Shown in pieces: positions 9,567-19,280 of a stretch of 64,000 nt of DNA. The notes under the pieces are model-generated. The model saw only the letters and a program-made list of their open reading frames with translations. It was not told the origin of the DNA and searched no databases. The position numbers were made by a program, and so were the translations under genes. The first letter of the stretch is position 1. Each line of letters begins with the position of its first letter. The stretch is from an uncultured Thermoleophilia bacterium (GTDB taxonomy: Bacteria; Actinomycetota; Thermoleophilia; UBA2241), in contig CAVVTV010000024.1 in the NCBI GenBank assembly GCA_963751215.1, positions 857,880 to 921,879 of the forward strand, in the 5' to 3' direction.

Positions 9567-9836
9567 GCGTCTAGCGGCCGCCCGACTCCCCCGGTCCGGC
9601 GGTCTCGCGCACCTGGCGATCTCCACCTAAGGGGCCGCCGCCGCCAGCCTCGGCTGGGCGGGCCGGTAGGTACGTCGCCCTACGCCGACTGGGCAGCGGT
9701 CGCAGGGTTCGTCTGCCGTCTAGGTGCCTAGCCTGCGCTGGCCCGGGTACCGCGACCGATTGCCGCCGGGAAACGGTGGCCCGAGTGTACTCCCAAGAAC
9801 AACGCCTGCAAGACGCGCCGGCAGAGGGAGGTCACG

Positions 9837-10349
9837 ATGGGGCGGCAGAGGAACCAGGAGTCGGCGAGCGGCTTCACCTTTACCGAGGTGCTCATCGTCG
9901 TGGTGGTGATCATGCTCCTCTCGGCGATCTTCATCCCGTCGTATCTCAAGCAGCGCGACAGGGCCCGCGACGCCGTGGTGAAGCAGGGTGTGCAAAGCAT
10001 CGCCATGGGCCTGCGCCTGTACAATCTCGATCACAACGGCCAGTACCCGCTGGATATCAGCGGGCCAAACGGCAAGTACCCACTCGTCGACGCCGCGGGA
10101 ACAGCATACCTGGACGCTTGGCCCGGCAACCCGTGGACGGGGAAGCCCATGAGGAACACGAGCGGCTATAGCGTAGGCGACTTTCAGTACGCCGGATTCT
10201 CCACCGTGGCCGCCGTGCAGCTCACCAGCATGGAGATCGACAGATGCTCTCTTCTGGGCTGGGTGAGCAGCAAGTCGCAACCCTTCGTGGCCAGCGAGCC
10301 TGGCCCGCTCACCGTGCGCGTAGACGTTCGCCACAACCAGAAGTCCTAG
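9837..10349 (+). CDS. type IV pilin / pseudopilin-like protein (prepilin-type N-terminal methylation domain)
   Basis: Leader MGRQRNQESASG followed by FTFTEVLIVVVVIMLLSAIFIPSY, the class III signal peptide/pilin helix; GAGGGAGG RBS 7 nt upstream of the ATG. Confidence 0.8.
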   Translation: MGRQRNQESASGFTFTEVLIVVVVIMLLSAIFIPSYLKQRDRARDAVVKQGVQSIAMGLRLYNLDHNGQYPLDISGPNGKYPLVDAAGTAYLDAWPGNPWTGKPMRNTSGYSVGDFQYAGFSTVAAVQLTSMEIDRCSLLGWVSSKSQPFVASEPGPLTVRVDVRHNQKS

Positions 10350-10431
10350 CGCTCGCCTCCTCCTCTCGGCAGCGCCTGCGGCCCGGGAGCGGCCGGCTCG
10401 ACGCCGGCCGCTCCCGCGATATGCTTGCCCT

Positions 10432-11286
10432 GTGGACGCGGTGAAGCGCATCGTTCTGGGAGACAACCTCGACGTGCTGGCCGGCTTGCCGGCGGGCTGT
10501 GCGAGGCTCATCTACGTCGACCCGCCGTTCAACACCGGACGGGCACAGAGCCGCACGCGGCTGAGGACGGTGCGCGACGACCGCGGCGACCGCACGGGGT
10601 TTCACGGGCGCCGCTACCGTACCGAGCTGCTCGCCGAGACGGCCTGGGAAGATACCTTCGACGACTACCTCGCGTTTCTCGCGCCGCGCCTCATGGAGGC
10701 GCGGCGCATCCTGACCGCCGACGGCTCCCTGTTCTTCCACATCGACTGCCGCGAGGCCCACTACTGCAAGGTGCTTCTCGACCAGATCTTCGGGCGCGAG
10801 TCGTTCATCAACGAGATCGTCTGGGCCTATGACTATGGGGGCAGGTCTCGTAACCGTTGGCCCGCGAAACACGACACGATCTTCTGGTATGCGATCGACC
10901 CGCGGAACTACGTGTTTCGCTACGACGAGATCGACCGCGTGCCGTACATGGCCCCCGGCCTGGTCGGCCCCGAGAAGGCGGCTCGCGGCAAGATCCCCAC
11001 CGACGTATGGTGGAACACCATCGTGAGCCCCACCGGCCGGGAGCGCACCGGCTACCCCACTCAGAAGCCGCTCAAGATCCTGGAGCGCATCGTCAGGGTT
11101 CACTCAGACCCGGGGGACCTGGTGGTCGATTTCTTCGCCGGCAGTGGTACCACCGGCGAGGCGGCGGCTCGCAACGGACGGGGCTACCTGCTGGTCGACT
11201 CCAACCCCGAGGCGGTGCAGGTCATGACCCGCAGGCTCCACTGGGACGATCCCGAACTTGCCGGTTGTGAGCCCACCGACACCTGA
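10432..11286 (+). CDS. site-specific DNA methyltransferase (N6-adenine/N4-cytosine, beta class)
   Basis: Motif IV VDPPFN precedes motif I FFAGSGTTGEAA, and TQKPLKILERI is present; GTG start. No restriction endonuclease gene is adjacent. Confidence 0.8.
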   Translation: MDAVKRIVLGDNLDVLAGLPAGCARLIYVDPPFNTGRAQSRTRLRTVRDDRGDRTGFHGRRYRTELLAETAWEDTFDDYLAFLAPRLMEARRILTADGSLFFHIDCREAHYCKVLLDQIFGRESFINEIVWAYDYGGRSRNRWPAKHDTIFWYAIDPRNYVFRYDEIDRVPYMAPGLVGPEKAARGKIPTDVWWNTIVSPTGRERTGYPTQKPLKILERIVRVHSDPGDLVVDFFAGSGTTGEAAARNGRGYLLVDSNPEAVQVMTRRLHWDDPELAGCEPTDT

Positions 11287-11309
11287 CCGCGGCCGGCGCT
11301 GAACAAGAA

Positions 11310-11335
11310 GGGCCGGCTCCCTGGGGAGCCGGCCC
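11310..11335. terminator. bidirectional stem-loop between convergent genes
   Basis: Perfect inverted repeat GGGCCGGCTCC-ctgg-GGAGCCGGCCC between the methyltransferase stop and the ferredoxin stop. Confidence 0.6.
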
Positions 11336-11363
11336 TGAAAGCTTCACGCAGCGCGTGCCGCGA

Positions 11364-11534
11364 TCACTCGGGAACGATAGCCTCGCTCGGGCATGAGTCC
11401 ACACAGGTGGCGCACTCGTCGCACTTCTCCGGGTCGATGACGTAGATATCGTCGCCCTCGGAAATGGCCTCATTGGGGCACTCATCGATGCATGCACCGC
11501 AGGCCAGGCATTCTTCCGTAATCTTGTAAGCCAT
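11364..11534 (-). CDS. 2[4Fe-4S] ferredoxin
   Basis: 56 aa [20 protein letters not shown]...[12 protein letters not shown], two CxxCxxCxxxCP motifs; internal ATG at 11534. Confidence 0.8.
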   Translation of the reverse strand: MAYKITEECLACGACIDECPNEAISEGDDIYVIDPEKCDECATCVDSCPSEAIVPE

Positions 11535-11620
11535 AGGGGTCTCTTCACCTCCTGTAGGCGCGCTGCTGAGGCAGAACGCGCGGGATTTCACTCTCATTTA
11601 CCGACATGGCCGGAGCGAAG

Positions 11621-12661
11621 TCAAGAAAGGGGTTCGCCCCTGGCACCGGGTAGCTCAGTCAGGGCCAGCGCTGCGGCGCCGATGAAGCCGGCGTCGGGAC
11701 CCAGCACGGCCGCCACGATGCGCACTTCGTCACGGGCCGGGCGCAGCGCGCGCGCCGCGAGCTCGCGACGAGCAGGCTCCAGCAGCAGCTCCCCCGCGGC
11801 GGCGGCTCCGCCGCCCACCACGATGAGCTCTGGGTTGAAGATATTCACGAGCGTGGTCAGCCCGACGCCTAGATACCGGCCCAGCCGTGCCAGCAGGCCC
11901 ACGGCGCCCGCGTCACCGCCTTCGGCGAGGCGCACCAGCAGCCGCGCGTCCACGACCTCGCCGGCGAGCAGCGCGCGGCCCAGTGGCGAGGCGGGCTGCG
12001 CCTGGGCCTCGGCTACAGCCGCCGCGGCCATCGCCGGCCCGGCGACGTAAGCCTCGAGACAGCCGCGGTTGGGGCAGTCGGCGGGGCACTGCCGTCCATT
12101 GGCGTCGATCGTGATGTGGCCCAGCTCGCCGGCCGACCCGCTGTGTCCGCGGTACGGTCGGCCGCCGCAGATGATGCCTCCCCCCACCCCGGTGCCGAGG
12201 GTGAGCATGAGCATCTCACGCGTGCCGCGACCGGCGCCGAACAGATGCTCGCCGAGCGCCGCCACGGTGGCGTCGTTATCGATCATCACGGGTACGCCGA
12301 AGCGCTCCCGCACCACATCTCTCAAGGCCACGTCGTTGAGCGGCAGGTTCGGGGAGTGAACGATCCTGCCGCCGGCGAAGTCCACCGTCGAGGCCACTCC
12401 GAGACCTATGGCAGCCACGCCCTCGGCGGCGCCCAGCACGCTGGCGATGCAGTCGAGAAGGCCTTCGAGGCAGGCCGCGGCCGACGATTGGTCGGTGGGC
12501 ACGATCGCCCGCTCGACCACAAGCGGCAGCTCAGCTGGGCCGGCCGGCAGCTCTGTTGGGCCGGCCGTCGCAGCCTCCGCGGGCAGTCGTGCGCGCAGCA
12601 AGGCGGCGGCGATCTTGGTGCCACCCATGTCGACGCCCACGATGGTGCGTTCCGGGTCCAT
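11621..12661 (-). CDS. glcK: ROK-family glucokinase
   Basis: N-terminal DMGGTKIAAAL ATP-binding motif and ROK zinc motif (GHITIDANGRQCPADCPNRGCLE). Confidence 0.75.
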   Translation of the reverse strand: MDPERTIVGVDMGGTKIAAALLRARLPAEAATAGPTELPAGPAELPLVVERAIVPTDQSSAAACLEGLLDCIASVLGAAEGVAAIGLGVASTVDFAGGRIVHSPNLPLNDVALRDVVRERFGVPVMIDNDATVAALGEHLFGAGRGTREMLMLTLGTGVGGGIICGGRPYRGHSGSAGELGHITIDANGRQCPADCPNRGCLEAYVAGPAMAAAAVAEAQAQPASPLGRALLAGEVVDARLLVRLAEGGDAGAVGLLARLGRYLGVGLTTLVNIFNPELIVVGGGAAAAGELLLEPARRELAARALRPARDEVRIVAAVLGPDAGFIGAAALALTELPGARGEPLS

Positions 12662-12805
12662 GACGCCACGCAGCTTACCATGGTGTACACTCGTCTTAGA
12701 GGAAACGCCCGCTCGGGCGCGTAGTCAGGCTGATAGCCTGTGCCCTGCTCCCCACGATCACCATGTGCCGGGCCTTGCTGCGTCGTTGCCCGGCGCGCTA
12801 CCAGT

Positions 12806-13975
12806 ATGCCGAATACCGACGACATGGACGGGCGCAAGCCCTACAAGACCTACAAGGCCGGCCGCGCCAGACGCAGCCCGGTCGACGACGAGCTGGCCGG
12901 TGCCCGGCCACCGCGCCGGGGGCCCGAGAGCGATCTGCCGGCGGACGCGCACCCAGGCGGGGGCTACCGGCGTTACGGCGCGCCAAAGGCCGGCGGGGCT
13001 CGGGGGAAAAACGCCGCCAAAGCCGCCTCGGCGGGCGCGGAGGCAGGCCGGCGCCGGCGCTTCCGCTGGTGGTACATCCCAGTCGGCGCGCTTCTCGTGC
13101 TCGTCATCGCCGCCGTGGTCGTCACCGTCCTCGCCTGGCCGGGCTACAAGAAGTTCGATCAGGCCGTCGCCAAGGCCAACGCCCGCCTCGACAGCAAGAC
13201 CCGCGCCCAGCTCAGTCCCGACAGCGGATGGATCTGGCGTAACGGCACGACCCTCCTGCTGCTGGGCGTAGACAGCAAGCACGGCGAGCCGGCGCGCTCA
13301 GACACGATCATGCTCATGCGCTTCAACCCGAAGACGCACACCATCAACGAGCTCTCCATCCCCCGCGATACGCGCGTCATGGTCGCCGGCCAGGGCTACA
13401 CCAAGATCAATGAGGCGATGTTCTGGGGCTGGCCCTCGGCGGCCCTCGCCGTGGCCACCGTCAAGCAGTACACCGGCATCCCCATCAACCACGTGATGAT
13501 CGTGAACTTCAAAGGCTTTCCACGACTCGTCAACGCCGTGGGCGGGGTCGACATGATGGTGCCCAAGACCATCGAGACGCAGGCCGGCAAGAACGGCCGC
13601 CTGGTGGTGTTCAAGAAGGGCATGCACCACTTCAACGGCAAGTACGCCATGCTCTACGTGCGCATCCGTCACGCCGACGACGACTTTCACCGCGCGGCAC
13701 GCCAGCAGGCCTTCGTGCAGGCGCTGGAGAAGAAGATCGCACGAATTTCCAACATCACCAAGCTGCCCGAGATCGGCAAACGCTTCATGAGCGGCGTGGC
13801 CACCGACCTCACCACCAACCAGATCCTCGAGCTCGTGTACCTCAAGTGGCGCGCAACCGGCGGTTCCAAAGCGGTGATGGTGGGCGCCACGGGCTACGTC
13901 GGCGGCGTCTCCTACGTCTTCCCGCCGTCGGCCGCCGCGCGGCAGAAGATGATCGAGAAGTTCCTCACCAACTAA
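12806..13975 (+). CDS. LytR-CpsA-Psr (LCP) family cell-wall polymer transferase
   Basis: Cytoplasmic N-terminus, a single TM segment (WWYIPVGALLVLVIAAVVVTVLAW) and an LCP domain (TIMLMRFNP..NEAMF). ORF track begins at 12740; ATG at 12806 chosen. Confidence 0.7.
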   Translation: MPNTDDMDGRKPYKTYKAGRARRSPVDDELAGARPPRRGPESDLPADAHPGGGYRRYGAPKAGGARGKNAAKAASAGAEAGRRRRFRWWYIPVGALLVLVIAAVVVTVLAWPGYKKFDQAVAKANARLDSKTRAQLSPDSGWIWRNGTTLLLLGVDSKHGEPARSDTIMLMRFNPKTHTINELSIPRDTRVMVAGQGYTKINEAMFWGWPSAALAVATVKQYTGIPINHVMIVNFKGFPRLVNAVGGVDMMVPKTIETQAGKNGRLVVFKKGMHHFNGKYAMLYVRIRHADDDFHRAARQQAFVQALEKKIARISNITKLPEIGKRFMSGVATDLTTNQILELVYLKWRATGGSKAVMVGATGYVGGVSYVFPPSAAARQKMIEKFLTN

Positions 13976-14009
13976 CGCCGGCTTAGACAGAGCCTATCCC
14001 GGTAGGCTC

Positions 14010-14888
14010 TTAGTACTCGACCGCGGTGAGCGCGAGGCCACGCGCCGGCGCAGTCTGCCCCATGCGCCGGCGCTCGCCCGAGATCACGGCCTCGGACAGC
14101 TCCTGCGACGTCATGCGACCCTGCGCAACGTCGACCATGGAGCCGACGGCCACGCGAACCATGTTGTGCAGAAAGCTGTCGGCGCTGATCCGGAAGACCC
14201 ACACCGGGGAGGGGCTTGCCCAGGCGTTGTCTGGACTGGCTACGCCGCCTGCCGCCTGCCCCATACCACCCGGCCGCCACTCGGCGCTCAGCACCTCGCG
14301 CACGCAGCTGCGATACAGCCGCGCCGACGGTGTGAAAGCCGAGAAGTCGCGATGGCCCGGCAGAAGAGCTGCCGCCTCCACCAGAAGCCCGGCGCAAAGG
14401 GGCCCGCGCACGTCCCACACGAAGGCCCGCTCGCGCACGGGCTTCACCGCCGAGAGCCAGACTCGGTACTCATAGGTACGCGACTGGGCGCAGCGGGCCA
14501 CGAAGCCCTGCGGCGCCGGCGAAACCGCCTCCACGGCAATGTCTGGCGGCAACACGGCGTTGAGCGCGTGGCGCAGCAAGTCGGGGCGCAGGTCGCGCCG
14601 CGCGCAGGCGAACGACGCGACCTGCGCCCAGGCATGTACTCCGGCGTCGGTGCGCCCGGCCACACTCAGGCGTACCGGCTCGCGCAGGATCATCGCCAGC
14701 GCGTCCTCCACGGCTTCTTGCACCGTGGCGTGTCCGAGCTGCCGCGCCCAGCCGTGATAGGCGGTGCCCTCATAGGCAAGATCGAGGCGCCACACCGCCT
14801 GGTCCGCCGGCAACGCGGCAGGCGCCGACGCCGCGGGCGCGCCGGCGACCTGGTCTTCGCCGGCGCGGCGAGGGCGTTTGCCGTTCAT
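14010..14888 (-). CDS. truA: tRNA pseudouridine(38-40) synthase
   Basis: LDLAYEGTAYHGWARQ and RTDAGVHA catalytic-Asp motif; conserved position after ecfT. Confidence 0.85.
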   Translation of the reverse strand: MNGKRPRRAGEDQVAGAPAASAPAALPADQAVWRLDLAYEGTAYHGWARQLGHATVQEAVEDALAMILREPVRLSVAGRTDAGVHAWAQVASFACARRDLRPDLLRHALNAVLPPDIAVEAVSPAPQGFVARCAQSRTYEYRVWLSAVKPVRERAFVWDVRGPLCAGLLVEAAALLPGHRDFSAFTPSARLYRSCVREVLSAEWRPGGMGQAAGGVASPDNAWASPSPVWVFRISADSFLHNMVRVAVGSMVDVAQGRMTSQELSEAVISGERRRMGQTAPARGLALTAVEY

Positions 14889-14897
14889 GCCGGCATC

Positions 14898-15680
14898 CTA
14901 AACGACCAGACCGCCGACGATGACCGCCGCCGTGACGGCCAGCAGCGCCACATCGGCAGGTCGCGCGCGCAGCGGATGGAGCCGCGTGCGCACGATGCCG
15001 GGACGGTAGCAGCGCGCCTCCATGGCTAGAGCGAGGTCGTCGGCGCGGCGAAAGCTGAGCACGAAGAGCGGTACCAGCACGGGCAGCATGGCTCGGGCAC
15101 GCTGGCGCAGGCCGCCGCGCCGGAAGTCGGCCCCACGGGCCCGCTGTGCCCGCATGATGGTGTCGAGCTCCGCGAGCAGCGTGGGGATGAACCTCAAGGC
15201 GATCGTCACCATGAGCGCCAGCTCATCGGTGGGCACGCGCACCCGGCGCAGCGGCCTTCCCAGCCATGCCAGGCCGTCGGTGAGAGCCATGGGTGGCGTG
15301 GTCAGCGTCAGCACCGACCCGACGAGCACCAGCACCACCAGCCGCAGGCTCAGATAGGCCGCCAGCTCGAGGCCCCGTGAAGACAGATGGATGAACCACA
15401 CGCTGAAGAAGGGCCTGCCGCGGGCGAAGAGCACCTGCGCCAGGAAGGTGAGGCCCACCAGCCACAGCAGCGGCTTGAAGGCGCGCCAGAACCAGCGCAC
15501 CGGCACGCCGCTCAGGGCATAGGCGAACGCCGCGGTAGCAGCGTACACGGCGAGACCGGGGAACGAGTCGCGCACGAAGAGGGCCACGGCCAGGGCGCTC
15601 ACCGCCACGACCTTGCCTCGCGGGTCGAGCCGGTGCAGCGCCGAGCCGCCAGGATAATACTGAGCGATAGTGGCTTTCAC
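14898..15680 (-). CDS. ecfT: ECF transporter transmembrane (T) component
   Basis: Multi-pass membrane protein of the CbiQ/EcfT family, overlapping the ecfA stop by 4 nt. Confidence 0.8.
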   Translation of the reverse strand: MKATIAQYYPGGSALHRLDPRGKVVAVSALAVALFVRDSFPGLAVYAATAAFAYALSGVPVRWFWRAFKPLLWLVGLTFLAQVLFARGRPFFSVWFIHLSSRGLELAAYLSLRLVVLVLVGSVLTLTTPPMALTDGLAWLGRPLRRVRVPTDELALMVTIALRFIPTLLAELDTIMRAQRARGADFRRGGLRQRARAMLPVLVPLFVLSFRRADDLALAMEARCYRPGIVRTRLHPLRARPADVALLAVTAAVIVGGLVV

Positions 15681-17431
15681 GAGAGCGCCTCGGCTGCGGC
15701 GGCGGCGCTGCGCGGCGCGGTGTGCGGCTCACGCCCCAGCCGGCGCCACAACTGCACGAGGAAGGGCTCGCGCAGGCGATTGGCGGCGAGCAGACGGCCT
15801 CCGGCGGCGAAGTCCCAGGCGCCGGCGGCCGCCGCTCGCCCCTCCGCCAGCACGAGAAGCTCATCGCACAGTGCCCAGGCGAGATCCACATCGTGAGTCG
15901 CCAGCACCAGGCTGACTCCCTCGGCCTTGAGATCGCCCAGGATGGCCACGAGCTGACGTCGCGTGCCCGGATCGAGGCTCACAAACGGCTCGTCGAGCAG
16001 CAGCAACCGCGGCCGCATGGCGAGCACGCCGGCCAGTGCCAGGCGCCGCTGCTCACCGCCCGAGAGCGAGTAGGGGTGCCGCTCGCCGAACTCCTCCGGC
16101 GGCAGCCGCACGAGTTCGAGAGCCGCATCCACGGCGGCTTCCACCTCTGACTCCGGCCAGCCGAGCCGGCGCGGGCCGAAGGCCACGTCTTCCCGCGCCG
16201 TGGCGGCGAATAGCTGCAACTCCGGCGCCTGAAACACAAGGCCCACGCGCCGCCGGAGATCGCCATACGAGGCGCTCTCGGGCCCCGCGCCGTCGAGGAG
16301 CACAGTTCCCTTCTCCGCCTCGTCGAGGCCGCGGATCACTTGCAAAAGAGTCGACTTGCCCGCCCCCGAGGCACCCAGCAGGCCCAGGGAGCCACCCGCC
16401 GCCACGTCTACCGTCACGCCACGCAGTGCTGCGATGGGCGCCCGGGCCTCTTCGTAGCTGAACGCGACCTCCCGGCACGAGAGACTCATGCCCGCCTCAG
16501 CCGAGCCGCCGGGTGGGCGGGTGGGGGCGGCGGGCGGCTTGTCTCGCGAGAGGTCGAGCGCAACGTCGGAAGGGCCGGCGGTTGGCGCCTGGGCGACTAC
16601 GGACGGCGGCCGCAGCTCTTCGACCAGCTCGTCAAGTGTAAGCGGTAGGTGGGCGAGGTGGCGCCCGTGCGCCGTGAGGGCGAGCGCGACCTCGCCCGCC
16701 TGCGGCAGCCCAAGCCCCAGCCTGCGCACCAGCTCGACATCGGCGAAGAGGCCGGCCACCTCGCCTTCGTACACCTCCGAGCCGCGCTCGAGCGCGACGA
16801 TCCGGTCGGCGCCGACCACCTCGTCCATCTCTTGCGTGATGTACACGACCGCGAGACCCTCGCGGCGTAAGGCCTGTACTGCGCCCAGCACCTCTTCGCG
16901 CCCCGCGGGGTCCAGCATGGCCGTGGGCTCGTCGAGTACCAGGGCGCGCCTCGGCACGGCCAGGACGCCGGCGAGAGCGGTGCGCTGCTTCTGCCCGCCG
17001 GAGAGCAGATGCGGCTCGCGCAGCCGCAGATCCTTCAGGCTCATCTTGCCGAGCATCTCATCCACCCGACGCCGGATATCTCGGGGCGGCCAAGCCAGGT
17101 TCTCGAGACCGAAGGCGATGTCGTCTTCTACGCGCTCAGCAACCAGTTGATTCTCGGGATTCTGAAAGAGCACGCCCACGTTTCGCCGTGCCGCCAGGCG
17201 CCCCTCTTCGACGAGCAGATCGTGCCCGCAGGCAAGAGCACGGTGGGCGACGCCGGGTTTCTGCAGCCCTCCGACGATACGTGCCAGCGTCGACTTGCCG
17301 GATCCGTTGGCACCCACTACGGCGACGAACTCGCCCTCAGCGATCTGCAGGTCGAGGTCGGAGAGCGCGTCGGCGCGCGCCCCCGGATAGCGGAAGTGGA
17401 GCTTTTCCAGCGAGATCAGCGGCGTGCTCAT
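15677..17431 (-). CDS. ecfA: fused ECF transporter ATPase (EcfA1-EcfA2 tandem ABC domains)
   Basis: Two complete ABC cassettes, each with Walker A (GANGSGKST / GASGAGKST), signature (LSGGQKQR / LSGGEQRR) and Walker B (LLDEP). ATG at 17431. Confidence 0.85.
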   Translation of the reverse strand: MSTPLISLEKLHFRYPGARADALSDLDLQIAEGEFVAVVGANGSGKSTLARIVGGLQKPGVAHRALACGHDLLVEEGRLAARRNVGVLFQNPENQLVAERVEDDIAFGLENLAWPPRDIRRRVDEMLGKMSLKDLRLREPHLLSGGQKQRTALAGVLAVPRRALVLDEPTAMLDPAGREEVLGAVQALRREGLAVVYITQEMDEVVGADRIVALERGSEVYEGEVAGLFADVELVRRLGLGLPQAGEVALALTAHGRHLAHLPLTLDELVEELRPPSVVAQAPTAGPSDVALDLSRDKPPAAPTRPPGGSAEAGMSLSCREVAFSYEEARAPIAALRGVTVDVAAGGSLGLLGASGAGKSTLLQVIRGLDEAEKGTVLLDGAGPESASYGDLRRRVGLVFQAPELQLFAATAREDVAFGPRRLGWPESEVEAAVDAALELVRLPPEEFGERHPYSLSGGEQRRLALAGVLAMRPRLLLLDEPFVSLDPGTRRQLVAILGDLKAEGVSLVLATHDVDLAWALCDELLVLAEGRAAAAGAWDFAAGGRLLAANRLREPFLVQLWRRLGREPHTAPRSAAAAAEALS

Positions 17432-17934
17432 CACACAGCGAAGTGTACAGTAGGCGCGCGGCCGGGCCGCGTGCCCTAGCGGGTCGCTCGATACCAATTC
17501 CACCAGCACCGCCCGGCCAATCAGGCCGCCGGGCGAGCCGGTAGGCGCGAGGCCGGCGGCGGCGGCAGGCGGCCGCCCCTGCAGCCTGAGCGGCGCAAGG
17601 GGAGTCGCCGCTACGACGCGTCAAGCCTGGGCGCGGCGCGGGGGCGGCGCGCCGCAGGAAGCTCGCGAGGCGGCCGCTGCGCAGACGGTGGTTGACGATC
17701 GCCTGCGGTGGCAAGCCGCTCTCCGACGGCACCACATTCGTCAACTGCCGCGCAGCAGCGGCCTGCGTGCCGAGCGGAACGAGCGCAGCGAGCGCCTTCC
17801 TGCGGCGTGCCGCCCCCGCGCGGCACTCAGGCCACGCCCGCAGCGGTCCCCTGATCCTGCCTCGCAAAGACGAAGGGGCGGGTGGCCCTCCGGCCGCCCG
17901 CCCCTCTACGCTCTCACGTTCTCGCGCCGCTCGC

Positions 17935-18285
17935 CTAGACCAGCTCTATGTATGCCTGCTCGCTGCCGTCGCCGGGCCGCGGCCCGAGCTTGATCACGCG
18001 GGTGTAGCCGCCCTTACGGTCGGCGTAGCGTGGGGCGACATCGTTGAACAGCTTGTAGACGATCTTCTTGTTGCGCAACAGTGCGATGGCCTGCCGGCGT
18101 GCATGCAGGTCGCCGCGCTTGCCCAGCGTGATGACCTCTTCCACCAGCGAACGCACCTCTTTGGCGCGCGCCACGCCCGTCTTGATCTTCTCGTGTTCGA
18201 GGAGCTGGCAGGCAAGACCCGACAGCAGCGACTTGCGCTGGTCGGGCGCCATGTTGAATTTGCGGCCTGACTTCTGATGGCGCAT
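17935..18285 (-). CDS. rplQ: 50S ribosomal protein L17
   Basis: [11 protein letters not shown]... consensus L17. Confidence 0.9.
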   Translation of the reverse strand: MRHQKSGRKFNMAPDQRKSLLSGLACQLLEHEKIKTGVARAKEVRSLVEEVITLGKRGDLHARRQAIALLRNKKIVYKLFNDVAPRYADRKGGYTRVIKLGPRPGDGSEQAYIELV

Positions 18286-18286
18286 C

Positions 18287-19219
18287 TTACTCGTCACCCC
18301 GCAGAGACAGCCCCCGCTCGACGAGCTTGTCCTTGACCTCGTCGATGCTCTTCTTGCCGAAGTTTGGGATGTTGAGCAGCTCGGCCTCGCTCTTGTTCAC
18401 GAGATCGCCGACGGTCTGGATGCCCTCACGCTTGAGGCAGTTGTACGAACGAACGCCGAGCTCGAGCTCTTCGATGAGCACGTCGTCCATGCCGCCGCCC
18501 GCCGGCACAGACGTGAGGCCCTCGATGGGGTACTCCTCGGTCGAACGCGTGCGGTCGGGGTCGGTGAAGATCGACATGCGGTCGACGAGGATCTCGGCGG
18601 CCTGGCGCAGCGCCTCTTCGGGCATGAGCGCGCCGTTGGTGGTGATGTCGAGGATGAGCTTGTCGTAGTCTGTGCGCTGCCCCACCCGGGCGCTCTCTAC
18701 ATGGTACGAGACGCGTTTGACGGGGCTGAAGATAGAGTCGATCGGAATAACGCCGATCACCGTCTCCGGGGTCTTGTTGCCCTCGGCCGGAACATAGCCC
18801 GTGCCGCGCCTGATGGATAGCATCATCTCAATGACGCCACCGTCTGAGAGAGTGGCGATATGGTGATCCGGGTTGAGAATCTCGAGCTCAGCCGGGATGT
18901 CGATGTCGGCCGCCACGACCTTGCCGGGCTTGTCTTTGTAGAGTCGCACCTGCACCTCGTCGAGCTCGCCGTGCAGGCGGCACACGAGCTCCTTGAGGTT
19001 CAGGATGACGTCGGTTACGTCCTCCTTGACACCCTTGATGGTGGAGAACTCGTGGGCGACTCCTTCGACTTTAACCGAGCTGACCGCCGCCCCTTCGAGC
19101 GACGACAGCAGAACCCGGCGCAGCGCGTTTCCGAACGTATGCCCGAAGCCGCGGTCGAGCGGTTCGACCTCAAAGCGCGCCCGGTTGCCGGCGAGCTGCT
19201 CGCGCGTGATGTTGGGCAT
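18287..19219 (-). CDS. rpoA: DNA-directed RNA polymerase subunit alpha
   Basis: [25 protein letters not shown]; ATG at 19219 preceded by AGGAGG. Confidence 0.9.
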   Translation of the reverse strand: MPNITREQLAGNRARFEVEPLDRGFGHTFGNALRRVLLSSLEGAAVSSVKVEGVAHEFSTIKGVKEDVTDVILNLKELVCRLHGELDEVQVRLYKDKPGKVVAADIDIPAELEILNPDHHIATLSDGGVIEMMLSIRRGTGYVPAEGNKTPETVIGVIPIDSIFSPVKRVSYHVESARVGQRTDYDKLILDITTNGALMPEEALRQAAEILVDRMSIFTDPDRTRSTEEYPIEGLTSVPAGGGMDDVLIEELELGVRSYNCLKREGIQTVGDLVNKSEAELLNIPNFGKKSIDEVKDKLVERGLSLRGDE

Positions 19220-19280
19220 CTGAAACTGAAGCAACTGGCCTCCTGTTGAGTCTTCGCCGCGGGTTAGCTGCTGCAGCGGA

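Noticed and set aside
12740-12805. Cys-rich N-terminal extension (MPCSPRSPCAGPCCVV...) of the LCP ORF
   Set aside because: Likely 5' UTR read in frame; LCP proteins start with a short basic cytoplasmic segment, best matched by the ATG at 12806 (alternatively MDGRK at 12824).
12758-13282. Multiple overlapping 150-290-aa ORFs (12408-13271, 12763-13242, 12758-13282) around the LCP gene start
   Set aside because: Mutually overlapping Arg/Ala/Pro-rich frames with no family signatures; only the LCP frame shows a TM segment and conserved domain.
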